DNA of 64,000 nucleotides from Candidatus Daviesbacteria bacterium (lineage in GTDB: Bacteria > Patescibacteriota > Microgenomatia > Daviesbacterales > UBA10151). Under the pieces are notes generated by a model. The model made no database searches. It had not been told where the DNA came from and saw only the letters and a program-made list of their open reading frames with translations. The stretch is taken from positions 71,497-135,496 of the forward strand of contig JACOXD010000010.1 of NCBI GenBank assembly GCA_016176465.1, read 5' to 3'. Position numbers and translations under genes: made by a program. Of this stretch, positions 27,206 to 37,126 are shown one piece after another (the first letter of the stretch is position 1; the number at the start of each line of letters is the position of its first letter).

Positions 27206-30200
27206 TTGATTTCTAAAATTAAAATGAAAAAGATAAATAAATCAATTAATTTACAAATTATGCCTACATCTTCTCCAAAGAGAAGGACCAATGGTTTAAG
27301 AAACAGTCAAGTTAAAGATGGATTATTAAAAGATGTAAATTCCCGCACCTTTGAAACCAGATTAACCCCCCGCTACACAAAGATGCCACCTCTTCCTACT
27401 AACTCATCCCAACCTTCTTTTTCTGAGTCTAGCGAGAAAATATTAAAAGAGCGTTATTTACTAAAGGGGGGTAATTTAGAAACAGTTGAGACCATTGCTG
27501 AGAGATTTTGGCATGTAGCTTATGATGTTGCCTCAGCTGATTTTGATTTTGGGGCAACTAAAAAACAAGTTTTAAATAAAGCGCTGGATTTTTACAAAAT
27601 GATGGTGCAGCAGGAGTTTCTGCCCAACTCCCCTACCATTATGAATGCAGGCAAGCAAAACGGTTTGCAGTATTCTGCCTGCTTTGTCTTACCGGTGGAA
27701 GATGACTTGGGAGGAATTTTTGACTCCATCAAATATGCAGCATTAATTCACCAAACAGGAGGAGGTACTGGTTTTGCATTTTCGCGACTTCGACCAAATG
27801 GCTCTAGGGTTAAAACTACGGGTGGAGTAGCTTCAGGCCCGGTCTCTTTTCTTCGAGTTTTTAATGCAGCTACTGAATCTATTAAACAAGGCGGTACAAG
27901 ACGAGGAGCCAACATGGGAATTTTGCGAATTGATCATCCGGATGTATTAGAATTTATTAGATCTAAATCCGATTTGGATGAAAATAATGCCCCTGTTTAT
28001 GAAGAAATCTCCCAATTTTTGCCTGAGGATAGTATTAGAGCACACTTTAAAAGGTTATTATTAGATCGTCAGATCTCTAATTTTAATATCTCCTGTGCAG
28101 TTACAGATAAGTTCATGGACGCTTATGCAAAAGGTGAAGATTATGATCTAATCGATCCTCATAATGGTGAAGCGGTAGGTAAACTAAATGCCAAAGCAGT
28201 TTTTGATGAGATTATTGATCGGGCATGGGATTGTGCTGATCCAGGTTTGATTTTTATTGATAGAATTAATAACTCTCCTGCTAATCCTATGAAAGGAGTG
28301 GAGGAAATTGAATCAACAAACCCGTGCGTTACAGGGAAGACATGGGTTCATACAAGCGAAGGCCCCAAACAGGTACATGACTTGATCGGTAAACCGTTTT
28401 TGGCAAGAGTGAATGGCACTGATCATCTTTCTAGCTTGGAAGGATTTTTCAAAACTGGAAATAAAAACCTACTGAAACTTCAAACTATCGAGGGATACAG
28501 TCTACAGTTAACTGCGGATCATTTAGTTAGAAAAGTTAATGTCGATACTAAAAGGATGGAATGGATCAAAGCAGGAGAACTAAAGAGTGGAGACTATATT
28601 GAGATTAATAATCACAGGATAAACACCGCCTGGTCAGGTAAATATACTAATCAAGAAGGATATCTAATAGGGTTATTAGTTGGAGATGGAACATTAAAAT
28701 CCGATAAAGCTGTTCTGTCAGTTTGGGGTGGACATAACCTTCCTAATTTAATCCCCATTGCTGGTGTTCAAAGTGTAATGCAGGTTGCTTTGGATAGTTC
28801 GTACACCCTTCCTCATCGAAGTGATTTTTTGGGGTGGATGGCTCTACCTTCTCGTAATGAACATAGGTTAGCATTAGGCCATATAAAGAATTTAGCACTT
28901 GAATTAGGAATGTTACCTGGAAAAAAAACTATAACTGAAGGAGTAGAAAAAGCATCTAGTGATTTTTATAAAGGTTTCTTAAGAGGATTGTTTGACGCTG
29001 ATGGTTCAGTTCAAGGTTATGAGGGAGGACGTACCTCTGTCAGACTTGCTCAATCTAATCTATCATTTCTTGAAGCAGTTCAAAGGATGTTACTTCGTCT
29101 AGGGATTTTTTCACATATTTACAAAAATAGACGAAAGGCTGGTAAAAAACTTCTACCTGATGGAAAAGGTGGATATAAAGATTACACAATTAAAGCTCAG
29201 CATGAGCTATCAATAACCAAAGATAATATTTTAGTATTTGATGAATTAATTGGCTTTTCTAATAGTAAAAAGGCAAAGAAGCTATCACAAAAAATAATAG
29301 CTCATAATAAGAGAAATTTTTATAAACAAGAATTTATAGCGAGGGTAGAAAGTATTAATTTTGAAGCTAAAAAAGAAGTTTACGATGTAAAAATCCCTGG
29401 AATAAACTACTATGACTCTAATGGAATTATATCCCATAATTGTGGGGAGCAACCTTTAGCGCCCTGGGATGCTTGCAATTTAGGCTCAATTAATTTAGGA
29501 AAATTTGTTAAAGATGGACAAATAGATTGGGAAGGGTTAAGAAAAGTTACTCATCAAGCAGTTGAGTTTTTAGATGATGTGGTTCAAACCAATCCTTACA
29601 CTCTCCCTCAAATTTATGATGAGGTTCATAGTAATAGAAGAATTGGTTTGGGAGTAATGGGTTGGGCTGATATGTTATTTAAAATGAAGGTGGTATATGA
29701 CAGTGAGGAGGCTTTAGAGTTGGGTGAGAAAGTGATGAAATTTATTAATGAAGAAGGACACAATAAGTCTTTAGAGTTGGCAAAGAAGCGTGGTCCTTTC
29801 CCAAATTGGCCAAGATCCATTTATTCAGACACCGCTGATGGATCCTCATTTAAGAGTAGGCCAAAATCTTCCGCTTTTAAAACAAATCAGCCTTTAAGGA
29901 ATTCAACAGTTACAACCATTGCTCCAACTGGGACTATCTCCATCATTGGTGATTGTTCCTCAGGAATTGAGCCTGTTTTTGCGCTAGCTTATATCCACCG
30001 GGCTAAAGGCGATGGTGGAAAAACTGGTAATGAGATGAGATATTTAACTATTGCCAATAAAACCTTCACCGAGATTGCTAAAAATGAGGGATTTCACTCT
30101 GAGGATTTAGCTTCTAAAGTAATGGATCATGGAAGCGTTTCCGGGATTGAGGAAGTACCGACGGATTGGCAAAAAGTTTTTATAACTGCCCCGGAAATTT

Positions 30201-31033
30201 CTCCGCAGTGGCATGTCAAAATGCAATCAGCTTTTCAAAAATACACTGATAATGGAGTTTCTAAAACCATTAATTTACCCAATTCTGCCACCAGAGATGA
30301 TGTTGCAGCAGCTTACTTAGCTGCTTGGGAAACAGGCTGCAATGGAATAACAGTTTATAGAGATGGTTCCAAAACTACCCAAGTTCTAAATGTCTCTAAA
30401 ACACTTCAACCAAAAACTAATGGGTTAGTCCAAGAAGAGGTAACAGAGTTAAGTCAGGATTCCATAGTTTCTCGCCCGTTAATTTTGCGTGGCAGAACTT
30501 ATAAGATCCAAACTCCGGTTGGAGAGGGTTTCATCACTATCAATAGAGATGAAAAAGATGAGCCGTTTGAAGTATTTATTAATATAGGCAAGGGTGGAAT
30601 GCATACCATGGCAGATGCAGAAGCTATTGGTAGATTAGTTTCACTATCTTTGCGGATTTCCCGTTCCGGCAAAAATACACCAAGGCAAATTGCGGAAAAA
30701 ATTATCGCTCAACTAAGGGGTATTGGCGGAGGATCACATGTAGGGTTTGGCAAAAACAGGGTAATGAGTTTAGCAGATGCTATAGCAAAAGCACTCTCTG
30801 AGGATTTAGCAAATTCCAAAAAAGAAGAATCAGCAGAGGTAGTGCCGCTTAATTTAACTGAGGATCAACAGCCTGCGCCTGAAACAACAACAGGTAGGGA
30901 TGATGTAGCAGCTTCTAATTTAAGTTTACCTCTTAATAAAACAGCAGATTTATGTCCTGAATGTGGGGAAGTTACTCTAGTTAGGGAAGATGGTTGTGAG
31001 AAATGCTATAGCTGTGGATTTAGTAAATGCTAG
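27206..31033 (+). CDS. nrdJ: Class II adenosylcobalamin-dependent ribonucleotide reductase (NrdJ) interrupted by an intein.
   Basis: The extein junction rebuilds the catalytic STNP|CGEQPLAPWDACNLGSINL motif. The C-terminal CPECGEV ... CEKCYSCGFSKC is a Zn tail. There is no N-terminal ATP-cone, and the N-terminal roughly 70 aa are low-complexity, so the true start may be internal. Confidence 0.85.
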   Translation: MISKIKMKKINKSINLQIMPTSSPKRRTNGLRNSQVKDGLLKDVNSRTFETRLTPRYTKMPPLPTNSSQPSFSESSEKILKERYLLKGGNLETVETIAERFWHVAYDVASADFDFGATKKQVLNKALDFYKMMVQQEFLPNSPTIMNAGKQNGLQYSACFVLPVEDDLGGIFDSIKYAALIHQTGGGTGFAFSRLRPNGSRVKTTGGVASGPVSFLRVFNAATESIKQGGTRRGANMGILRIDHPDVLEFIRSKSDLDENNAPVYEEISQFLPEDSIRAHFKRLLLDRQISNFNISCAVTDKFMDAYAKGEDYDLIDPHNGEAVGKLNAKAVFDEIIDRAWDCADPGLIFIDRINNSPANPMKGVEEIESTNPCVTGKTWVHTSEGPKQVHDLIGKPFLARVNGTDHLSSLEGFFKTGNKNLLKLQTIEGYSLQLTADHLVRKVNVDTKRMEWIKAGELKSGDYIEINNHRINTAWSGKYTNQEGYLIGLLVGDGTLKSDKAVLSVWGGHNLPNLIPIAGVQSVMQVALDSSYTLPHRSDFLGWMALPSRNEHRLALGHIKNLALELGMLPGKKTITEGVEKASSDFYKGFLRGLFDADGSVQGYEGGRTSVRLAQSNLSFLEAVQRMLLRLGIFSHIYKNRRKAGKKLLPDGKGGYKDYTIKAQHELSITKDNILVFDELIGFSNSKKAKKLSQKIIAHNKRNFYKQEFIARVESINFEAKKEVYDVKIPGINYYDSNGIISHNCGEQPLAPWDACNLGSINLGKFVKDGQIDWEGLRKVTHQAVEFLDDVVQTNPYTLPQIYDEVHSNRRIGLGVMGWADMLFKMKVVYDSEEALELGEKVMKFINEEGHNKSLELAKKRGPFPNWPRSIYSDTADGSSFKSRPKSSAFKTNQPLRNSTVTTIAPTGTISIIGDCSSGIEPVFALAYIHRAKGDGGKTGNEMRYLTIANKTFTEIAKNEGFHSEDLASKVMDHGSVSGIEEVPTDWQKVFITAPEISPQWHVKMQSAFQKYTDNGVSKTINLPNSATRDDVAAAYLAAWETGCNGITVYRDGSKTTQVLNVSKTLQPKTNGLVQEEVTELSQDSIVSRPLILRGRTYKIQTPVGEGFITINRDEKDEPFEVFINIGKGGMHTMADAEAIGRLVSLSLRISRSGKNTPRQIAEKIIAQLRGIGGGSHVGFGKNRVMSLADAIAKALSEDLANSKKEESAEVVPLNLTEDQQPAPETTTGRDDVAASNLSLPLNKTADLCPECGEVTLVREDGCEKCYSCGFSKC
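28325..29440 (+). mobile_element. Intein (372 aa) with a LAGLIDADG homing-endonuclease domain, inserted at the NrdJ catalytic Cys.
   Basis: Starts at Cys (CVTGKTWVHT, block A). Block B is LTADH. LAGLIDADG motifs are LIGLLVGDGTL and FLRGLFDADGSV. It ends ...ISHN followed by the +1 Cys of CGEQ. Confidence 0.8.
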
Positions 31034-31436
31034 GGTTTTCTCTAGCATTCCGGTTACCCTCCCAATATACTCTTAGGTTTCTCTGTAGTGCTTCTTTAGC
31101 TAAATCTTCAATTTCCTGAACTGAAATCACTCCTTGAAATATGTGATCCATTTGATCCCCAACATCTAATAAGGCCTCTTCAAATTCAGTCGCTTTTGAA
31201 GTTAATCTCCTGTCTCCATATGCAGCCAGGCGAGAAAAACCTGCTAGTATTCTTTTCTGAACCACATCATCCCAATTCCAGGAACACCTTCTCAATCCAG
31301 ACTCAACTTGACTCCTAAACCCTTCATGACCACTGGTTGCTATTGCTAAAGTTCTTATTTGAGGAATATTCATAGCCATCCAAAATGGCCTGCTTGCCAT
31401 TGTAGTTAGACCATAAATGCCGACAATGCCTTCCAT
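31020..31436 (-). CDS. Hypothetical 138-aa protein, GC-rich ORFan.
   Basis: About 45% GC, Arg-rich. Convergent with nrdJ and overlapping it by 14 bp. Lies beside RAYT element 2. No family recognised. Confidence 0.35.
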   Translation of the reverse strand: MEGIVGIYGLTTMASRPFWMAMNIPQIRTLAIATSGHEGFRSQVESGLRRCSWNWDDVVQKRILAGFSRLAAYGDRRLTSKATEFEEALLDVGDQMDHIFQGVISVQEIEDLAKEALQRNLRVYWEGNRNARENPSIY

Positions 31437-31664
31437 AACAATTGGTTGAGTAGGATGTTGAGTAGGATAAAGAAATTCTAGTTCAACTCTGTCTCTTTGT
31501 AGGGCTCTAACAGCCTCTAAAGAGGCTATGTTTTGTAAGGTGTATTGTTAAAAAATCTTCTTCTTTCTGGCATACATTAAAAAAATATGTTAGATTAACC
31601 GGGAGTATAGGATCAAAATGGCAAAAAAGCAAGACAAAGATAAGAAGAAAATTAAATATAATAC

Positions 31665-31694
31665 AGGGGGGAACCTTCAACCCCCGGGGTTGCC
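31665..31694. repeat. REP-like hairpin, family 2 variant (GGGGGGAACCTTCAACCCCCGGGGTTGCC), directly downstream of RAYT-2.
   Basis: Read from sequence; ends 2 bp from the transposase stop. Confidence 0.5.
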
Positions 31695-31696
31695 GC

Positions 31697-32341
31697 TCAA
31701 ACCTCATCAATTAGTTTATGCTTTATAAATTCTAATTGTTTTGCATAATCTACTTGATCTAGAATAAATTGTTCGTAGGCCTTTGGAGACTTAAAAAAGT
31801 CAAGAATTATTAGTTTGTCACAAATCCCTTTGGTATCTTTTATATATTCTCTATAAGAAGACCACTCATATTGAGTTATATCTTTTGTTAGATAAGAGAC
31901 AGTAGGATTTAAATGAATGTACCTTGAGAGATGGATTAATTGTTCATCTGATTCTACTAAAACTGCTTTAAATTCCCCCTGAAATAATGGTCCAACCCTC
32001 CTATATTTAATATTAAAGTATTTTGTGTAACTATTTGATAATTTACTAATAAATTCTGTAACTCCTCCATCTATCGTCTGTTTGACTAAAAAATGAAAAT
32101 GATTAGGCATTAAGCAAAAACAAATAACTTCTACAATTTTTTTAGAAAAATCTATTTTGGTCATTTTAGGTTGAAAAAATTTAGAATAGCTGGGTTTAGG
32201 TCCCTGAAGCTGATAATATGATAGAGATTTATAGAATCTTTGGTAATCGCGCCTATTATTAAAAATAGGTTTCTTTTCTACTCCCCGATTATAAATATGA
32301 TAATATTGACCATTTATTAAAGGGATGATTCTGCTTGGCAT
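31697..32341 (-). CDS. Y1 (HuH) transposase, IS200/RAYT family, paralogue 2.
   Basis: YYHIYNRGVEKKPIF ... CFCLMPNHFHFLVKQ ... SYTKYFNIKYRRVGPLFQGEFKAV ... HLSRYIHLNP. Confidence 0.8.
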   Translation of the reverse strand: MPSRIIPLINGQYYHIYNRGVEKKPIFNNRRDYQRFYKSLSYYQLQGPKPSYSKFFQPKMTKIDFSKKIVEVICFCLMPNHFHFLVKQTIDGGVTEFISKLSNSYTKYFNIKYRRVGPLFQGEFKAVLVESDEQLIHLSRYIHLNPTVSYLTKDITQYEWSSYREYIKDTKGICDKLIILDFFKSPKAYEQFILDQVDYAKQLEFIKHKLIDEV

Positions 32342-32362
32342 TACTAGCTCATATTAACAAAA

Positions 32363-32404
32363 ATATCCGCAGGTTTCCACACAATCAACCCCGGGGGTTA
32401 CCAT
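32363..32404. repeat. REP-like hairpin, family 2, upstream of RAYT-2.
   Basis: ATATCCGCAGGTTTCCACACAATCAACCCCGGGGGTTACCAT. Confidence 0.55.
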
Positions 32405-32422
32405 GGTAAAAAAACGTTAATT

Positions 32423-33013
32423 GTGTATATTACAAACATGTCTGAACAAAAGAAAAATATAAAGAAAAAAATTAAATATAAGGAAACTAATAAAGGTTTG
32501 GTGATTGTTTATACAGGTGAGGGAAAAGGGAAAACTACAGCTGCGTTGGGTTTAGCATTAAGGGCAGCGGGCTATAAAAGAAAGGTTTTAATAGTGCAAT
32601 TTGGCAAAATTTGGTTTACAGGAGAATTGGAGGGAGTTAAAAAATTAGCTCCTTATGTAAAATTAGTTCAGGGAGGTTTGGGATTTGTAAAGATTTTTGA
32701 TGATAACTCCCCTTTTTCTGATCATGTAAAAGTAGCTAATAAAACATTTAACTTCCTATATAAAGAGGTAACTTCTGGAAAATATGATGTAGTGGTTGCA
32801 GATGAGATTGTAGGAGCGTTGGCAGGGAAATTACTCAAACACTCTCAAGTTGCTAAGTTAATTAAAGATAAACCTAAAGATTTGGATTTAATCCTTACAG
32901 GCCATCATGGCAAACCTAGCCTCTTTAAATTAGCAGATTTAGTTACAGAGATGACTCCCATAAAGCACCCTTTTGATAAAGGCTTTTTAGCCAAATCGGG
33001 AGTAGATTATTAA
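32423..33013 (+). CDS. cobO: Cob(I)alamin / cob(I)yrinic acid a,c-diamide adenosyltransferase (CobO/BtuR family).
   Basis: P-loop GEGKGKTTAALGLALRAAG, about 190 aa, typical CobA/BtuR length. Fits with the neighbouring AdoCbl-dependent nrdJ. Confidence 0.8.
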   Translation: MYITNMSEQKKNIKKKIKYKETNKGLVIVYTGEGKGKTTAALGLALRAAGYKRKVLIVQFGKIWFTGELEGVKKLAPYVKLVQGGLGFVKIFDDNSPFSDHVKVANKTFNFLYKEVTSGKYDVVVADEIVGALAGKLLKHSQVAKLIKDKPKDLDLILTGHHGKPSLFKLADLVTEMTPIKHPFDKGFLAKSGVDY

Positions 33014-33078
33014 ATATAGGGCTTTTACATCACTATTGTTTAATTAGATTCAAAGAGATACTATATAAAGTAAGTATC

Positions 33079-33115
33079 TTGACAGATATTAGCACTCATG
33101 TTAGTATTCTGCTAA
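33079..33115 (+). promoter_or_regulatory. Putative lon promoter (TTGACA 33079-84, 17-bp spacer, TAGTAT 33102-07) overlapped by a CIRCE-like inverted repeat (TTAGCACTC-N9-TTCTGCTAA).
   Basis: CIRCE consensus is TTAGCACTC-N9-GAGTGCTAA. The left arm matches 9/9, the right arm 6/9. ATG at 33120. Confidence 0.35.
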
Positions 33116-33119
33116 TAAA

Positions 33120-35525
33120 ATGGCAATAGATTCAATAACTAATCCCATTAAATTGAAATCCTCCCATCCTGTAGGTTTACTTAGGGGTACAGTTATCTTT
33201 CCTGGAAATAGTATTCCTATTGTTTCAGGCAGATCTAAATCCAAAGCAGCTTTGGATGCTGCCTGGGAAGGGGATAGAGTAATTGTTTTTGTAACTCAAA
33301 AGAATGAAAGAATAGAAGACCCCAAAGAAGCTGATCTTTACTCTGTAGGTACTGTTTGTTTACTTAGAAGATTAATCAAAATTGATGGGGAGTATACAGT
33401 TACCGCAGAGGGAATAATGAGAGTATATATTAAATCTTTCCTCAAAACTGAGCCTCATATGGAGGCGGAAATTGAAGAGATCCCCGAGCTTTATGAAAAA
33501 AATGAAGAGACTGAAGCTTTAATGAGAACTGTTAAAGATCAACTAAAAAGATTTTTAGAATTGGGGGGAAATTCTTTATTTGATCCCAGTTCTTTGTCAA
33601 ACTGGTCACATTTTTCAGGTAGCGATGATCCAAATCAACTAGTTAACTCAATCTCCCAGGCAATAGATTTTAAAACTATAGATAAACAGCAAATTTTAGA
33701 AATGGTTTCTGCTGCTGATAGGTTAAGAAGAGTTTCTGAACTGCTAGCCAAAGAGATTAGAGTTTTGGAAATTTATCAAAAAATCTCCTCTCATACCCAA
33801 GAGCGAGTTTCCAAAATGACCAAAGAGGCAATTTTAAGAGAGCAAATGAGAAGTATTGAGGAAGAGTTAGGGGAATCTGGAGAAAATCAAGAAATTAGGG
33901 AATTTGAGTTAAAAATTAGAAAAGCTAATATGCCAAAAGAGGTTAGAGAAAAGGCAACCAAAGAGCTATCAAGACTTTCTAAAATGTCATCCTACAACCC
34001 TGAGGCTGCTTATATTAGAAATTATTTAGAGTGGTTAACAGATTTACCTTGGAGAGTTAGTGGCAAAATTAAGATTGACCTTAAAAAGGCTCAGGGAATT
34101 TTGGATGAAGACCATTATGGTTTATCTAAAGTGAAGGAGCGAATTTTGGAATATTTAGCAGTCCATAAACTCTCAGGAAAAGTTAAGGGTCCAATTTTAT
34201 GTTTTGTTGGACCTCCAGGAACAGGAAAAACTTCTATTGGTAAATCTATTGCCCGGGCTTTAAATCGAAAATTTGTTAAAGTTTCCTTAGGTGGAGTTAG
34301 GGACGAGGCAGAGATTAGGGGTCATAGAAGAACTTATGTTGGCTCAATGCCGGGGAGAGTAATTCAGGGTGTTAAGCAAGCAAATACGACCAATCCTGTT
34401 TTTATGTTGGATGAAATTGATAAATTAGGTGCAGATTATAGAGGAGATCCATCAGCAGCATTACTTGAAGCTTTGGATCCTGAACAAAACTTTGCTTTCT
34501 CAGATCACTACCTAGAGGTTCCTTATGATTTATCTAATGTGATGTTCATTACAACAGCCAATATTTTAGATACTATTCCTCCAGCCTTGCGGGATAGGTT
34601 AGAAGTTATACCTTATCCGGGTTATACCCAAGATGAGAAATTCCATATTGCCAAAAAGTTTTTAATCCCCAAAATTGTTAAATCCCACGGTCTAAAGGAG
34701 GACCAAATAGATTTTAACGATGAGGCTATTAATTTTATAATCCAGGCTTATACCAGAGAGGCTGGAGTAAGAAATTTAGAGAGAGAGCTTTCGGCAATTG
34801 TTAGAAAAATCGCGAGAAAGATAGCTGAAGGAGAGAAAGTTAAATCTTATGCAATAACTACTCAAGTAGTGGAAGAGTTATTAGGGCCAATTAAATTTAT
34901 TCCTCAACTGGCAGAGATAGAAGATATGGTGGGTGCTTCAACAGGTCTTTCTGTAACTGAAGCAGGAGGAGATGTTTTGTTTATAGAAGTTACTTTAATG
35001 CCTGGTAAAGGAGCTGTACAACTTACAGGTCAACTTGGGGAAGTAATGAAGGAATCAGCCCAAGCTGCCATGAGCTATGTTAGATCTAATTGGAACAAGC
35101 TTTCACTGCCTGAGAGATTTTTCCATAAAGTAGATGTTCATGTACATGTACCTGAAGGTGCTATACCAAAGGATGGTCCATCAGCAGGTATTGCCCTAAC
35201 AACTGCTATAGTTTCAGCTTTTACTAAAATCTCTGTTAGAAAAGATGTTGCAATGACTGGAGAGGTTACTTTAAGGGGAAGAGTTTTAGAGATTGGTGGA
35301 TTTAAGGAAAAGGTCTTAGCAGCTCATCGGGCTGGAGTAAAAATAGTCATTGCACCTGAACATAATAGAAAAGATCTAATAGATATTCCAAAGTATGTCC
35401 AAGATGATTTAGAATTTCACTTTGTTAAGCATATGGATGAGGTTTTAAAAGTAGCTTTAATCAGACCACCACTACCTTCTCAGCCAAAAAGAGTTATTCC
35501 CACCCATCAACCTGCGCTAGCTTAA
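33120..35525 (+). CDS. lon: ATP-dependent Lon protease (LonA).
   Basis: LON N-domain. Walker [16 protein letters not shown]. Catalytic Ser region [17 protein letters not shown]. Lys dyad present. Confidence 0.9.
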   Translation: MAIDSITNPIKLKSSHPVGLLRGTVIFPGNSIPIVSGRSKSKAALDAAWEGDRVIVFVTQKNERIEDPKEADLYSVGTVCLLRRLIKIDGEYTVTAEGIMRVYIKSFLKTEPHMEAEIEEIPELYEKNEETEALMRTVKDQLKRFLELGGNSLFDPSSLSNWSHFSGSDDPNQLVNSISQAIDFKTIDKQQILEMVSAADRLRRVSELLAKEIRVLEIYQKISSHTQERVSKMTKEAILREQMRSIEEELGESGENQEIREFELKIRKANMPKEVREKATKELSRLSKMSSYNPEAAYIRNYLEWLTDLPWRVSGKIKIDLKKAQGILDEDHYGLSKVKERILEYLAVHKLSGKVKGPILCFVGPPGTGKTSIGKSIARALNRKFVKVSLGGVRDEAEIRGHRRTYVGSMPGRVIQGVKQANTTNPVFMLDEIDKLGADYRGDPSAALLEALDPEQNFAFSDHYLEVPYDLSNVMFITTANILDTIPPALRDRLEVIPYPGYTQDEKFHIAKKFLIPKIVKSHGLKEDQIDFNDEAINFIIQAYTREAGVRNLERELSAIVRKIARKIAEGEKVKSYAITTQVVEELLGPIKFIPQLAEIEDMVGASTGLSVTEAGGDVLFIEVTLMPGKGAVQLTGQLGEVMKESAQAAMSYVRSNWNKLSLPERFFHKVDVHVHVPEGAIPKDGPSAGIALTTAIVSAFTKISVRKDVAMTGEVTLRGRVLEIGGFKEKVLAAHRAGVKIVIAPEHNRKDLIDIPKYVQDDLEFHFVKHMDEVLKVALIRPPLPSQPKRVIPTHQPALA

Positions 35526-36239
35526 ATGGTTTCAGAATTATTCAAGAGTAAGAATTTTTTAATAACAGGGGTTGGCAGTGGAATAGGAAGAGGGTTAGCA
35601 TGGGAAGCGGAAGCCTTGGGGGCTAGTGTTTACGGAGTAGACCTTTTTCCACCACAGGATATTCCCACAACAATGAGATTAAGTTTTTTTCATGGAGATA
35701 TAACGGATGAAGAAAGAATGGGGGTAATTGCTGAGCAGCTAAGGACGCAGTCAATAACTATAGATTATTTAGTTCTGGCAGCAGGAATAGGAAGTACTCA
35801 TCCAAAGGAGAAAATCCTAAGTGTAAATTCAGGAGGAACTAGGATTTCTTATAGCGCTTTTAATGGATTATTAGTGCAAAGGGCCACGGTTATTTTCCTC
35901 TCTTCAGATTTAATAAACCTTGAAGACCCTGCAACTTCAGCATATGTACAATCTAAAAAAGAAGTTTCTGAGTTTGCTCAAATACTAGCTAGGGAAAGAA
36001 CCGATTTAAGAGCCCTAACTCTTTTACCAGGACCTGTTGATACACCATTATTTAGAGGAAATAAACCTCAAGAAGTTATTAATAGGATTAGGGATGAGCA
36101 TGGGATATTAAGTCCTGAGGAATTTGCAGGAATAATTTTAAGGCAAGTATTATCAGATCAAGTATTATCAGATCTGGAAGCTTATCCTGGTGGTTCTCAA
36201 ATAAGAATCTATAAAAATATCTTAGAAAAATTAGCTTAA
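35526..36239 (+). CDS. Short-chain dehydrogenase/reductase (SDR) family oxidoreductase, GC-rich.
   Basis: TGVGSGIGRGLA (TGxxxGIG), about 55% GC. Contains a 15-bp tandem duplication (VLSDQVLSDL). Flanked by 13-bp direct repeats CTAGCTTAAATGG at 35517-35529 and 36286-36298. Confidence 0.65.
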   Translation: MVSELFKSKNFLITGVGSGIGRGLAWEAEALGASVYGVDLFPPQDIPTTMRLSFFHGDITDEERMGVIAEQLRTQSITIDYLVLAAGIGSTHPKEKILSVNSGGTRISYSAFNGLLVQRATVIFLSSDLINLEDPATSAYVQSKKEVSEFAQILARERTDLRALTLLPGPVDTPLFRGNKPQEVINRIRDEHGILSPEEFAGIILRQVLSDQVLSDLEAYPGGSQIRIYKNILEKLA

Positions 36240-36246
36240 AAGTTAA

Positions 36247-36286
36247 ATATCCGCAGGTTGCCACATAAACAACCCCGGGGGTTGCC
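36247..36286. repeat. REP-like hairpin, family 2, solo copy.
   Basis: ATATCCGCAGGTTGCCACATAAACAACCCCGGGGGTTGCC. Confidence 0.5.
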
Positions 36287-36312
36287 TAGCTTAAATGGCT
36301 ATAGCGCAATGT

Positions 36313-36345
36313 GTAGCTATTTTCCACCTCTAGTGTGGAAGTGGT
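36313..36345. repeat. REP-like hairpin, family 3b variant (AGCTATTTTCCACCTCTAGTGTGGAAGTGG).
   Basis: Shares the AGCTATTCCACC ... GGTGG core with 45118-45146 and 62545-62573. Confidence 0.4.
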
Positions 36346-36350
36346 TGAAG

Positions 36351-36980
36351 TTAGAACTTATTGGCAATTGCTGTTAGATACTGATGACCAAAATAATCAT
36401 GTTGGTAGGTAGCTTGAGGTTCATAGGCACACCTTGATAAAATATCTAGGATTTCACCCTCCGTATAGTAAGATATTAATCTCTCATCACCATAAGTTCG
36501 AGAGATACCTCCTACTTTTCTTCTCCCCCTAGCTCGCGATTGGAGAACTCCAACTGCTAAAACTGCATCACCAGTTGTAAACCCTCTAATTTGTCTTAAG
36601 ACATGAGGCAACATCCTATGAGGGAGGTGAGTTCCAATAGATGTGAATGCCCATATTCCTGCGAATCTTCTACCAAAATCAGGAAAATTCATAAAGTCCC
36701 CTTGGATGCTTTCAAAACCTCGCTCTCTGGTCATTTCTAGCATGGGGGCTGATGCATCAAAACAAACCACCCTTAACCCAAGCTCTCTTAACCGTTCTGA
36801 CTCATAGCCTGGACCACTACCTACATTAAGAACCTCTGATCCTTGAGGTATTCCTTCTGCAAAGTCTGTAAATATTTCATTAGGAAAATCTCTCCAAAAA
36901 AGGGAATAATCTCTAGCGTACCTTTGGGCTACTTGGGGATCGCTGTAAGCTTCTATTGTAGTTGCGTGATCTAATGCCAT
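36351..36980 (-). CDS. Class I SAM-dependent methyltransferase, GC-rich.
   Basis: Motif I VLNVGSGPGYESERL, followed by an acidic post-I (CFDAS). 38-47% GC and Arg-rich. Confidence 0.6.
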   Translation of the reverse strand: MALDHATTIEAYSDPQVAQRYARDYSLFWRDFPNEIFTDFAEGIPQGSEVLNVGSGPGYESERLRELGLRVVCFDASAPMLEMTRERGFESIQGDFMNFPDFGRRFAGIWAFTSIGTHLPHRMLPHVLRQIRGFTTGDAVLAVGVLQSRARGRRKVGGISRTYGDERLISYYTEGEILDILSRCAYEPQATYQHDYFGHQYLTAIANKF

Positions 36981-37126
36981 AATTTATTCTACCAATCAAT
37001 TATATATTTTTTAATACCCTATAGTCAAACTGCCTGCTATTGACACTAATTAACTTATAGTGTAAATTTCCCCTAATCAATTTTCTGCCTTCCATTTTTT
37101 GGAAATTTTGCATAATATAAAAAGAC

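Noticed and set aside
27206-27430. Cobalamin riboswitch ahead of nrdJ
   Set aside because: The region is inside the annotated ORF and lacks a recognisable B12-box. B12 riboswitches normally control B12-independent isozymes or transport genes, not nrdJ.
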